NCBI GenBank assembly: GCA_035266085.1
Contig: DATFNZ010000012.1
Span: 2,061 to 66,060 of the forward strand
Origin: Thermoanaerobaculia bacterium
GTDB lineage: Bacteria > Acidobacteriota > Thermoanaerobaculia > Multivoradales > UBA5704
Direction: 5' to 3'
DNA length: 64,000 bases
Shown here: piece by piece, positions 51,674-61,040 of the stretch
Layout: each line of letters opens with the position of its first letter
Numbering within the stretch: position 1 is the first letter of the stretch
Translations under genes and position numbers: made by a program
The notes under the pieces: model-generated
Told to the model about the DNA's origin: nothing
What the model saw: the letters and a program-made list of their open reading frames with translations, nothing else
Database searches by the model: none

Positions 51674-52873
51674 ATGAGACCGCGGCCGGCACGACACCTC
51701 GCACTCCTGGCGGTCGCCTTGGCCTTCGGCGTGGCGGACCCCGCCCAGTCGGCGGAGCTGACGGCGGTCCTCACGCAGCTCCAGGGGAACGTGACCATCG
51801 CCGAAGCCGGCCCGCCGCGCCGGGGCGGGGCCATCTTTCCGGTGCCTCGCCCGGCGCGATTCCTCCAGGTGGTGGGGAGGGGAGACAAGGTCAACGTGCC
51901 CGCCGGGGCCGGAGCCGGCTTCGTCTGCTCCATGGACCGTTGGGTGGAGCTGTCGGGGGTAAAAGACCAGCCATTGTCCGAGTCGCTCTGCCTCGCCGGC
52001 AAGCCGCTGCCGCCGGGCACCTATCGCCGGCTGGCGCCCGCGGCGGGAAAAATGATCAGCCTCAAGGGCGTGCTCGTCTTCGAAGGAGAGACCCGGGGTG
52101 ACGAAGACGAGGACTTCGCAATCCCCCTCGTCCTCAGCCCGCGCAGGACGGCCGTGCTCGACCCCCGGCCCAAGATTTTGTGGACGCAGGTCGCGGATGC
52201 CACCGAGTACGCGATCGAGCTGTCAGGCCCAGGCCGGTTCCTGATCCGGCTGGACGCCGGCCAGGTGGCTTGCGGCGAGCGATGGGGAGACGCCGTCGTT
52301 TGCTCGATGCCATACCCCGATTCGGCGCCGGACCTCCCGCCTGGGACCCTCTCCTTTCTCAGCGTCGGGGCTCGTCGAGGCCTGGCGGCGCCCTTGAGGG
52401 CCGAGGCCCGGCCGAACCGCATCCAGCGGCTTTCCCTTGACAAGGCGGAGGAGGTACGGACGCGGTTGGAGTCTCTGCGGAACCTGCCTCTGGACGACGC
52501 CACCCGCGGGCTCCTGGAAGCGGACCTCTACGCCCATGAGGGCCTTTTCGCGGACGCCATTCTCGCCTACCGGAAGGCTTTGAGCCATGGCGATGCCCCC
52601 GAAATCCGCGTGACGCTCGGCGACGCATACCTGAAGATCGGCCTCCTCCGTCTGGCCGCCCGCACGTATCAGGAAGTCCTGGACGGGACCTCCGGCCTCG
52701 CCATCCAGGCCAGCGCCGAACTGGGCCTCGGAAGGATCGAGCACATCCGCAGGAGCTCCGAGCGCGCGGCCTGTCATTTCCGGAAGGCCAGGGACTTGTA
52801 CCTGTCTGTAGGTTTGAAGGAAGAGGCGGCGGCGGCTGATCGAGCGGCGAGAATTGGAGGCGGTCTCAGATGA
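51674..52873 (+). CDS. secreted protein with C-terminal TPR-like repeats
   Basis: Signal peptide MRPRPARHLALLAVALAFGVADPAQSA. The N-terminal two-thirds are beta-rich and the C-terminal ~130 aa are TPR-like (EADLYAHEGLFADAILAYRKAL..). It lies 6 nt after the CHAT gene, and its stop overlaps the next start (ATGA). Confidence 0.65.
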   Translation: MRPRPARHLALLAVALAFGVADPAQSAELTAVLTQLQGNVTIAEAGPPRRGGAIFPVPRPARFLQVVGRGDKVNVPAGAGAGFVCSMDRWVELSGVKDQPLSESLCLAGKPLPPGTYRRLAPAAGKMISLKGVLVFEGETRGDEDEDFAIPLVLSPRRTAVLDPRPKILWTQVADATEYAIELSGPGRFLIRLDAGQVACGERWGDAVVCSMPYPDSAPDLPPGTLSFLSVGARRGLAAPLRAEARPNRIQRLSLDKAEEVRTRLESLRNLPLDDATRGLLEADLYAHEGLFADAILAYRKALSHGDAPEIRVTLGDAYLKIGLLRLAARTYQEVLDGTSGLAIQASAELGLGRIEHIRRSSERAACHFRKARDLYLSVGLKEEAAAADRAARIGGGLR

Positions 52874-55800
52874 CTCTGCCAAAAGTACGGTTTTGGATTG
52901 CCACAATTCTCTGCCTTAGTATGCTTTGTCTTGGCTGCTCCACGGCGCTGGCGCGTAAGGGGGAAGAGCAAGACCTTCGCATCGTTCTTGTCGCGCCACA
53001 GTATTTGCCTACTCCGACGGAAAATATCTGCTGCCTTTCTGATGGCTCGAAGCTGAAAATACAGAGTAACCTCGAATGGATCATTGATCATACTGAGGAA
53101 CTCTTGTCAAAGAGATTTAAATCTGTGAAGGTGATCTACCGTAGCGATCCGAGAGGCACGTATGACGTGCTTGCGAATATCTCTGTAAATGGTGCCTTCA
53201 TAGGTGATCCAGGACAGGCTGTAGATAAAGGGCTGACATGGATGGCTAAGATAAGGCTATCCTTCGAGGATACGAGTGGGGTGAAGTTGGGAACGATCGA
53301 GGCTGCGTCAACAAGTGAAGCCGTAAAATACAGGGAGGATGTTACATACACGAAAAAAGAGCACAGGGGAGTTGCATTTTTTGGTATAACTTACGTTGGC
53401 CAGGTGCGAGTGATTAATGATATCATGACAAAGGTCGAGGAGGGCCTGGATTCGTCACCTCTGTCTATCGAGCTTCTGAAGCTCGCAGGAAGGAAGGTTG
53501 GTCCTTCTAATCTTGAGATTGAGGTTGGATTTGATGATAGCAGGGGAGAGCTTCCCAATAGGGAGCTTGACAGGGCGGAATCGGCAGAGATTTTCGCTTC
53601 AGTACGAAACAAGGGGCCGGGGACTGCCTATGGAGTCATGCTTAGTGTTGTGGGTAGCTTGGGAATAGATGTAGAAAAACCTAAGGCCTTGGGCAATATA
53701 CCTCCCGGGGGACTTAGGCGGGCAGGTATTTCGGTCAAATCTGCGTATGAAATCAAGACTCCAGAGGCTGTCTTTTTGGTGGAGGCCCGAGAGGTGCGCG
53801 GATATGATGCTCCCCGTGTAAATTTGATCGTTCCTCTGGCAAAGTCGGAGCTGCCTAAGCTCTTGTTTTCAGAAATCTCTTTCAATGATTCGATCAGTCC
53901 GGGGCAAGGTGATGGAGACGGCAAGCCTTCCAATGGGGAGACTTTGGAAGCAAAGTTCTTTATTCGGAACTTGGGAGCAGGAGATGCAGGTAAAGTTACG
54001 GCGACGTTCGAAGCGCGGACGACGGGCGTTGAAGTCATACGATCTTCGGTAGGTTTAGGTACAATTCCTGCTGGGGAGGCTAGGCAAGGAACGCTGTTGT
54101 TCCGCCTGCCTCCAGTTTTCGCTAGTAACAAGATTGATCTTCGATTCAAAGCAGAGGATGGCCGTGGAGATAAGTTTGCCAGAAGCGAAGTAGAGAGGTC
54201 TTGGGATGTAACTATTCGAAGACCTCAAGTTTTGCTAGATTATCGTATCTTCGATGGAAACTCCCCCGAGTCTTCCGGTAATCGGGACGGTGTGTTGAGC
54301 AACGGTGAAGTAGCGGAGTTGGAGTTGACGACGATGAATCTGGGACAGGTAATTTCCAAGGGCGTGCATGTAAAGATGACGTCGCCTTCTAGTGGGCTTG
54401 TCTTTAGTGCTACTCAGGTTGAGATAGGTGATCTGCCGCCTGGCTCTGTTGGAGCGCCAAGGAGAATGACGCTGAGTGTGCCACGTACTTTTGCCAGTGA
54501 ACGTATTGTTCTAAATTTAGAGACCATTCAGAGAGATTTCCCGGTGTACGCCCGCCAGTTGGTTCTGCCGGTTAGGATTCTGAATACCGATTTACGGCTC
54601 AGCGCCTCTGGCTTCTCTAGCCTGCAACAGGGAGAGCGTCGCCGGCTAACGGTTCTCTTAGAAAACCACGGCTCCCTAAGGGCGGAAGGGGTTGGGCTTG
54701 AGATTCAAGCTAATTGGCCAGGTCTTGATGTGCTAAGTGCTTCTAAGGAGATGGTGGGTACGATAGAGCCTGGAGCTCTGGCCAAGATGATTCAAGTGGA
54801 TCTCTATGCAAGACCTGGGGCAAAAATCGGTGCGGCAGCAATGACGATCACGGTGCATCAAGCTGACTTCGCTCCGCTTGTCAGAAGCATAGACCTTCCT
54901 ATTGTTGATCGTCCCCCTGTCCAAGCCGGTGTCGAGCCCGGTCCGCCTCCAGTTTCCTCGATCTCCTTGGGCGTAGTGACCCGCCCGGTAATCTTCTTTC
55001 GGAACTACACCACTGGTCAGATCGTTACGGACGACAGAATCTTGCTCAATCTGGAGGTTCAAGATGCAAAAGGTCTCTCCTGGATCGAGGTAGAAAAGGA
55101 CGGCCAGAGTAAGACCCCGGAGAAGGTTCTTTCCGAGCCGAATCGGGAATTAGGCGTCGTCGTTACACGCTACAGAGTTCCTGTCTCGTTGTCCCCTGGG
55201 AAGAATCTGGTGCAGGTGGTCGCGGTCAATCAGGATGGAGTCAAGTCGGAGGCGACCCTCTCCCTGACGCGCGCGGTGGATCAACAGGAGATCTGGGCGG
55301 CCGTCATCGGGGTCAGCCGGTACGAAGATTCAGGGATCAAGGCTCTCAGCTTCGCGGATTCCGACGCGGAGGCATTCCGGCGTTACCTCGTCAATGACCT
55401 GGGAGTTCCGGAGAGTCACATCTCCATGCTGATCAACGAAGGCGCTACCCGCCAGCAGATCATCCGGACCCTCGGCGACAGGCTGCGCTCCCAGGCGGGA
55501 CCGGATGACATCGTATTCATCTACTTCGCTGGCCATGGGGCGAACGAGCCTGACCGCCGAAGCAACGATGGGTCGAGCAAGTATTTGCTTCCCTTTGATG
55601 CCGACAAGAGCAGCTACAACAGTACGGCTCTCAGCATGGAGGAGCTCGAGCGGCAGTTCGACCGTGTTGGAGCCGAGCGGGTGATCATCATCCTCGACAG
55701 TTGTTTCAGTGGGGCTGCCGGAGGACGGACGATTTTCGACTCTGCCTACTCCCAGAGAGGGCCGCTGTCGAGCGACTTTCTCCTGCAGATTGCCGAAAGC

Positions 55801-56091
55801 GGCCGAGGGCGAGTCGTGATGACGGCAAGCGACATCAATGAGGTGGCTCAGGAGAAAGGAGATCTACGGCAGGGCGTGTTTACTCACTTCCTTCTTGAGG
55901 GTTTGAAGGGCAATGCGGACAAGCCTCCGTTTGGAAATACGGACGGCGCGATCAGCGTCGACGAGGTGTATGCCTACACGTCCCGGAAAGTTCGGGAGAC
56001 TACGAAGAATCTGCAGAATCCACAGAAGTTCGGCCATGTCTCCGGAGAGTTGCTGATCGGAAGAGTTCCAGAGAGCCCTCATGGCCCATGA
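52870..56091 (+). CDS. large lipoprotein: N-terminal unknown domain, ~4 CARDB/Ig-like repeats, C-terminal peptidase C14 (caspase) domain
   Basis: Lipobox is LCLGCS. The repeated pattern is G(E/D)...(L/F).V.N.G.G.A..V. The caspase His/Cys context is IVFIYFAGHGA ... VIIILDSCFSGAAGG. GC is visibly lower than in the upstream genes. Confidence 0.85.
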   Translation: MTLPKVRFWIATILCLSMLCLGCSTALARKGEEQDLRIVLVAPQYLPTPTENICCLSDGSKLKIQSNLEWIIDHTEELLSKRFKSVKVIYRSDPRGTYDVLANISVNGAFIGDPGQAVDKGLTWMAKIRLSFEDTSGVKLGTIEAASTSEAVKYREDVTYTKKEHRGVAFFGITYVGQVRVINDIMTKVEEGLDSSPLSIELLKLAGRKVGPSNLEIEVGFDDSRGELPNRELDRAESAEIFASVRNKGPGTAYGVMLSVVGSLGIDVEKPKALGNIPPGGLRRAGISVKSAYEIKTPEAVFLVEAREVRGYDAPRVNLIVPLAKSELPKLLFSEISFNDSISPGQGDGDGKPSNGETLEAKFFIRNLGAGDAGKVTATFEARTTGVEVIRSSVGLGTIPAGEARQGTLLFRLPPVFASNKIDLRFKAEDGRGDKFARSEVERSWDVTIRRPQVLLDYRIFDGNSPESSGNRDGVLSNGEVAELELTTMNLGQVISKGVHVKMTSPSSGLVFSATQVEIGDLPPGSVGAPRRMTLSVPRTFASERIVLNLETIQRDFPVYARQLVLPVRILNTDLRLSASGFSSLQQGERRRLTVLLENHGSLRAEGVGLEIQANWPGLDVLSASKEMVGTIEPGALAKMIQVDLYARPGAKIGAAAMTITVHQADFAPLVRSIDLPIVDRPPVQAGVEPGPPPVSSISLGVVTRPVIFFRNYTTGQIVTDDRILLNLEVQDAKGLSWIEVEKDGQSKTPEKVLSEPNRELGVVVTRYRVPVSLSPGKNLVQVVAVNQDGVKSEATLSLTRAVDQQEIWAAVIGVSRYEDSGIKALSFADSDAEAFRRYLVNDLGVPESHISMLINEGATRQQIIRTLGDRLRSQAGPDDIVFIYFAGHGANEPDRRSNDGSSKYLLPFDADKSSYNSTALSMEELERQFDRVGAERVIIILDSCFSGAAGGRTIFDSAYSQRGPLSSDFLLQIAESGRGRVVMTASDINEVAQEKGDLRQGVFTHFLLEGLKGNADKPPFGNTDGAISVDEVYAYTSRKVRETTKNLQNPQKFGHVSGELLIGRVPESPHGP

Positions 56092-58256
56092 GGGCGCCGG
56101 TCTTTCCGATAGGTGGCGGCGTAGGCCCACGGCGCCTGCAGGGCACCCCGGAGGTTGGCCCAGAGCAGGGGTAGCGGCAGGTCATGGCGCCCGAGGAGGC
56201 CCCGGAGGATGCGCCCGGCGAGCCAGGGGCACCATTGCACGAGGACGAAGCGGGCCAGCGATTTCCTCGGCACCTCCCCTTCGCGCCAGCGCTTGAGGAG
56301 GTAGACGCCGTAAGAGCGGCCGTCGTCGAGGAGCTGCCGGTACAGGGCGCCCATCTCCCGGCGGTGCTGGTGCCAGACGAGGGCCGCCGGGTCGTAGCGC
56401 AGGGTCCAGCCGCCGGCCACGACGCGGTGGAACATGTCGAGGTCGCCGCCGCCGTGGGCGGGCGTGCCCACGTCCAGCGCCGGATCGAAGCCGCCGGCCG
56501 CCGCGAGCACGCCGCGGCGGAAGGCCATGTTGGCGCCGACGCCAACGGCCTGGATGGCGATCAGCTCCTCGGGCTCCATCCGCTCCCGCCGGAACATGCG
56601 GGGGCGCAGGCCCTTGCCCATGCCGCCGTAGCCGAGCTCGAAGTACCTCTCGGCAGGCGTCTCGAGCTCCGCCGGCGCCACGAGCCCGGTCACCGCCGCC
56701 ACCCGCGGGTCGGCGAAGGCGCGCGCCAGGGCCGAGAGCCACCCGGAGTCCGCTCGCGTATCGTCGTCGGTGAAGGCGATCAGGTCGTGCCGCGCCTCGG
56801 CGATGCCGCGGTTGCGCGCGTGGTCGAGGCCGGGGCGCGGCTCGCGCACGTAGCGCACGGGGAGGGCCGCCACGAGGCGGGCCGTGGCGTCGTCGCGCGG
56901 CGCGTTGTCGACGACGACGACCTCGTAGGCGGGGTAGTCGAGGGCGAGGAGGGAACGCAGGCACTTCTCCAATAGGGCGGTGCGGTCGCGGGTGCAGACC
57001 ACGACGCTGATCGGCGGCACGGTGGACGGGAGGGGTCCGGCATCGGCCCCGTTCAACCCGGCGAGCGCCAGGGCCGCCCGCACCGGCGCCGGCATCCGCT
57101 CGGCGAGGAGGCGGCGCAGGTGAGCCCCGCGCAGCGGCTCCGCCCCGGGCTGGCAGGCGACCGCGCCAATCTCCTGGCCGTCATAGAGGATGCGGAGGCC
57201 GCGGGGCCTCTCCCGGTCGAGGATCGACTCCGCCGCGGCGATCCCCGGGCGGAGGTCGATGGGGAAGCCCTCGGCGCCGGCGGCCGGGGCTCTCGCGAGG
57301 AGCTTGCGCAGTGCGTGCCGCGACCCGGTCTCCTCGGCTACTCCGCGCCAGTACCAGTAGCCCCGCAGGGCACCGTACAGGCCGCGCCACCGCCGGCGCA
57401 GCCGGGCCGTCTCCAGGACGTCGAGCCCGCGGCGGAGGATGGCCGCGACGGGGCCGCCCAGGATCTGGCCGCCCAGGACTTGGCCGCCGATGGCGAGCCG
57501 GGCCAGCGGCGCCGGGGCCCGGGAGAGCTCCAGCGCCGGCAGCAGGTGCGGGTGGCGGGCGCCGATGCGCGCGTCCCCCCGGCCCTCCTGACGCGCACGC
57601 TGTAGCGAGGCGTCGAGGCCGGTGCCGTCGAAATGACAGGCCACGGCGCAGGGGGCGAAGGCGAGGTCTGCCCCGGCCGCCAGCAGGCGCACGCCAAGCT
57701 CGAAGTCCTCCCGGCAGCGCAGGCCGGCAGCGAACCCTCCCACCCGGGCGAAGAGGGCCGCGGGAAGCGACAGGTTGCCGGTCAGCACGTCGCGGTAGGT
57801 GAAGCGGTGGCCGGGCAGGCCCATCTCGCGGTAGACCTCGAACCACCAGGCCCGCAGCCCGGCCGCGAAGAAGCCGGGCCGGCTCTCGACGACGGGCAGG
57901 GCGGGGCCGGAGACGGCTTTTTCAGGCCCCGTCCGGTGAGCCTCGGCGTGAGCGGCCACCAGTCCGGGGGCGGGCTCGACGTCGTCGTCCAGGAACAGGA
58001 GCAGCTCGCCCCGCGCGCGCTCCGCCCCGGCGTTGCGCGCCGCGGCCGCCCCGGCGGCGGGTTGCTCGACGACCTGGAGAGGGAAGGGCCAGACGGCGCT
58101 CCGGAGCCAGTCCGCGGTGCCGTCCGTGCAGCCATCCGCCACCACCACGACCTCGTGGGGCTTGGCGGTCTGGACGCCGAGCGCCGTCAGCGTCCGCTCC
58201 AGGGATCTCCTGCGGTCGTGAGTGGGGATCACGACGCTGACGCCGGCACCGCTCAT
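56079..58256 (-). CDS. bifunctional family-2 glycosyltransferase (two GT-A domains)
   Basis: The two GT2 starts are VSVVIPTHDRRRSLERTL and ISVVVCTRDRTALLEKCL, each followed by DD/DxD-type motifs (FLDDDVEP; FTDDDTRAD). Confidence 0.85.
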   Translation of the reverse strand: MSGAGVSVVIPTHDRRRSLERTLTALGVQTAKPHEVVVVADGCTDGTADWLRSAVWPFPLQVVEQPAAGAAAARNAGAERARGELLLFLDDDVEPAPGLVAAHAEAHRTGPEKAVSGPALPVVESRPGFFAAGLRAWWFEVYREMGLPGHRFTYRDVLTGNLSLPAALFARVGGFAAGLRCREDFELGVRLLAAGADLAFAPCAVACHFDGTGLDASLQRARQEGRGDARIGARHPHLLPALELSRAPAPLARLAIGGQVLGGQILGGPVAAILRRGLDVLETARLRRRWRGLYGALRGYWYWRGVAEETGSRHALRKLLARAPAAGAEGFPIDLRPGIAAAESILDRERPRGLRILYDGQEIGAVACQPGAEPLRGAHLRRLLAERMPAPVRAALALAGLNGADAGPLPSTVPPISVVVCTRDRTALLEKCLRSLLALDYPAYEVVVVDNAPRDDATARLVAALPVRYVREPRPGLDHARNRGIAEARHDLIAFTDDDTRADSGWLSALARAFADPRVAAVTGLVAPAELETPAERYFELGYGGMGKGLRPRMFRRERMEPEELIAIQAVGVGANMAFRRGVLAAAGGFDPALDVGTPAHGGGDLDMFHRVVAGGWTLRYDPAALVWHQHRREMGALYRQLLDDGRSYGVYLLKRWREGEVPRKSLARFVLVQWCPWLAGRILRGLLGRHDLPLPLLWANLRGALQAPWAYAATYRKDRRPHGP

Positions 58257-59464
58257 GCCGGGCGCGCCTCGGCCTCCAGGCGGGCCCGCGTCCGGCGGCG
58301 GGACCTCAGGTAGGCGCGGGGCCCCGCGGCACAGCCGCGCAGCTCCGCCAGCACCAGGTCGAGCGGCACGCTGCCGGGCCGCCGCAGCAGTGAGCCGACG
58401 AGTCCGCGGAGCTGGCCGTGAAGGAGCCAGCCGAGGGCGCGGGCGGGCACCGACAGCTCGCCTTCCACCAGGAAGCTGCGCGTCCAGGCGGCGTAGACGC
58501 CGGTGCCATAGCCGCGGAGGCTCTCCCGCAGCTCCTCCCAGGTGCGCCGGTGGCGGTGCCAGTTGAGGGCCTCGGGCTCGTAGACGATGCGGTAGCCGGC
58601 CGCCAGGATGCGCGTGAAGAGGTCGTGGTCGCCCCCCGAGCGGGTGGCGGTGCCGGCGTCGAGCGCCTCGTCGAAGGGGCCGACCTCGCCGAGGACGGTG
58701 CGCCGCAGCGCCATGTTGACCCCGGCGCCGATCTTGCCGGCGACCAGCGGGTCGTGCGTGAGGGCGTCGAAGACGGTGCGCTCGAAGCCGCGGCCGAAGC
58801 CGCCCAGGCGCTCAAACCACTCCTGGGCCTCGGTCTCCAGCTCGGAGGGCAGGGTGAGGCCGGTGACGCAGAGCACCTGCGGGTCGGCGAAGCCCGCCAG
58901 CAGGGCGCGCAGCCAGCCGGGGTCCGGGGTGGCGTCGTCGTCGGTGAAGGCGACCACCTCGCTGCGCGCCTCGCGCAGGGCCCGGTTGCGCGCCACGTCG
59001 AGCCCGGGCCGGTCCTCGCGCAGGTAGCGCACCCGCGGCCAGCCGGCCGCCAGCCGCTCCGCCGCGTCGCTCGCCGGGCAGTTGTCGACCACCAGGATCT
59101 CCTGGCCGTCGTCGGCCAGCCGGCCCAGCGCCTCCAGACAGGCGCGCAGGTCCTCGGGGCGGTCGCGGGTGCAGACGGCCACGGTGGCCGAAGGCAGGGG
59201 AGCGTCCGGCGGATCGCCCGGCCGATCGCCTGGCCCCTCGAGACGCTCGCGGAACCAGCGTTCCCAGAGCGGCCCGTCCACCGCCTCGATCAGGGCTTCG
59301 CGCAGCTCCGCCGCGCCGACGCGGCCGCCGGCCACCGGCAGCACGGCCTGACCCACGGGCCGGCCGCCGAGCCGGATCAGCACCAGGGCGCGGCCATAGC
59401 CGTCGAGCCCCTGGAGCCCATCCGGCAGCTCGCGAAGGTCGAGGTCGAGGACGGCGGTCGGCAC
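58253..59464 (-). CDS. family-2 glycosyltransferase with N-terminal extension
   Basis: ATVAVCTRDRPEDLRACLEAL, FTDDDATPD. It overlaps the downstream gene by 4 nt. Confidence 0.85.
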   Translation of the reverse strand: MPTAVLDLDLRELPDGLQGLDGYGRALVLIRLGGRPVGQAVLPVAGGRVGAAELREALIEAVDGPLWERWFRERLEGPGDRPGDPPDAPLPSATVAVCTRDRPEDLRACLEALGRLADDGQEILVVDNCPASDAAERLAAGWPRVRYLREDRPGLDVARNRALREARSEVVAFTDDDATPDPGWLRALLAGFADPQVLCVTGLTLPSELETEAQEWFERLGGFGRGFERTVFDALTHDPLVAGKIGAGVNMALRRTVLGEVGPFDEALDAGTATRSGGDHDLFTRILAAGYRIVYEPEALNWHRHRRTWEELRESLRGYGTGVYAAWTRSFLVEGELSVPARALGWLLHGQLRGLVGSLLRRPGSVPLDLVLAELRGCAAGPRAYLRSRRRTRARLEAEARPA

Positions 59465-59467
59465 GGC

Positions 59468-60283
59468 CTAGCCGTTCTCCCTCTCGTAGGCGGCGGTCAC
59501 CTCCTCGGCCGTTCCCTCCATGCGCACCCGTCCGCGCTCCAGCCAGAGGGCGCGGGAGCACAGCTCGCGGACGTTCTCCAGGTCGTGGGAGACGACGACC
59601 AGGGCGCCGCCCTGGCGCCGGAACTCGCGCAGGCGTTCCAGGCACCGCTGGCGAAAGGCCTGGTCGCCGACGGCCAGGACCTCGTCGATGAGCAGCACAT
59701 CGGGCCGCACGCATACGGCGACGGAGAAGGCGAGGCGCGCCTGCATCCCCGAGGAGTAGTACTTGACCGGCTCGTGGATGAAGTCGCCGAGCTCCGCGAA
59801 CGCCAGGATGTCAGGCAGCCGTTCGGCGAGCTCGCGCCGCTTGAAGCCCAGCACCGCGGCGTAGAGAGAGACGTTCTCGAGACCCGTGAGCTCGGTCTGG
59901 AACCCGGCACCCAGCTCGATGACCGCCGTGACCCGCCCGTGGGTCTCGACGACCCCTTCGGTCGGGACGTAGATGCCGGCGATCAGGCGCAGGGCCGTGC
60001 TCTTGCCGGAGCCGTTCGAGCCGATCAGGGCCACCCCTTCCCCGGGATCCACGCGCAGATCGAAGCCGTCCAGGATGAACTCGGCGCGCCGGACGTGGAT
60101 CGGCCGGCGCAGGACGGCGCGGATGAAGACCTCCCGCAACGACGAGGTGCGGTGCTCGTAGCGGAAGAACCTCTTGACCACGCCGCGGCAGAGCACCGCC
60201 GGAGGAGCGGCAGCGACATCTCCAGCCACCGCGGCGCTAGAGGATCTCGGCGAGAACCGTCTTGTAGCGATTGAAGATGGCAT
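59468..60283 (-). CDS. ABC transporter ATP-binding protein (polysaccharide/O-antigen export, Wzt/TagH-like)
   Basis: Walker A is GSNGSGKST, the signature is YSSGMQARLAF and Walker B is VLLIDEVL. The start is uncertain: the track start 60283 overlaps the permease by 47 nt, and an alternative GTG at 60229 lies 8 nt after the permease stop. Confidence 0.9.
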   Translation of the reverse strand: MPSSIATRRFSPRSSSAAVAGDVAAAPPAVLCRGVVKRFFRYEHRTSSLREVFIRAVLRRPIHVRRAEFILDGFDLRVDPGEGVALIGSNGSGKSTALRLIAGIYVPTEGVVETHGRVTAVIELGAGFQTELTGLENVSLYAAVLGFKRRELAERLPDILAFAELGDFIHEPVKYYSSGMQARLAFSVAVCVRPDVLLIDEVLAVGDQAFRQRCLERLREFRRQGGALVVVSHDLENVRELCSRALWLERGRVRMEGTAEEVTAAYERENG

Positions 60284-61040
60284 AGCCGATGAGGAAGAGG
60301 AGCACCGAGGCGGCGGCGACCCCGCCGAGCAGGGCGGGCGGCGGGAAGCGTCCTTCGTAGAGCACCTGATGATAGAGCGTCAGCAGGCCGGCGATCGGGT
60401 TCAGGAAGTAGAGCCGGCGGACCGCCTCCGGGACCAGCCGCACGGGATAGAAGACGGGCGAGGCGTAGAAGAGCATCATCAGCAGGATGGGCACGGCGTG
60501 CTGGACGTCGTTGTAGAAGGCCGCGAGGACCGCGAGCGGCAGGACCAGGCCGAGCGACAGCAGGATCAGGAGGAGCACCAGCAGCGGCAGCAGGGAGAAG
60601 CTCGCCGGCACCCCTGAGTGGTGGCAGACGGCGAGCGCGGCCACGACCAGCGCCATCTCGACGGCGAACTCGGCCAGCCGCGACGCCGCGGCGCTCAGCA
60701 CCAGCACCTCGCTGGGGAACGCCACGCTGCGGCGCAGCCCGGCGTGCTCGGCCAGCACGTAGGTCGCCGTCGAGATCATCTGGAGCAGGTAGTTCCACAC
60801 GAAGTAGCCGGAGAGCAGGAATGCCCAGTAGTGCGGCACCGCGATCTTCACGACGTGGGTGAAGACGGCGGCCAGGACGGTGAGCGTCAGGAGCGGGTTG
60901 ATCAGCGTCCAGGCGAAGCCGAGCGTGGAGCGCTGGTACTTGACCTTGAGGTTGCGGACGGCGAGGCTGCGCAGCAGCTCGCGGGCGCCCCAGACCTCCG
61001 TCCATGGTGCGGCGGCGGTCATCCCGGTCATTCCGATCAT
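60237..61040 (-). CDS. ABC-2 type transporter permease (Wzm-like)
   Basis: Six hydrophobic segments. The N-terminus ELLRSLAVRNLKVKYQRSTLGFAWTLINPLL is typical of ABC-2 polysaccharide exporters. Confidence 0.9.
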   Translation of the reverse strand: MIGMTGMTAAAPWTEVWGARELLRSLAVRNLKVKYQRSTLGFAWTLINPLLTLTVLAAVFTHVVKIAVPHYWAFLLSGYFVWNYLLQMISTATYVLAEHAGLRRSVAFPSEVLVLSAAASRLAEFAVEMALVVAALAVCHHSGVPASFSLLPLLVLLLILLSLGLVLPLAVLAAFYNDVQHAVPILLMMLFYASPVFYPVRLVPEAVRRLYFLNPIAGLLTLYHQVLYEGRFPPPALLGGVAAASVLLFLIGYAIFNRYKTVLAEIL

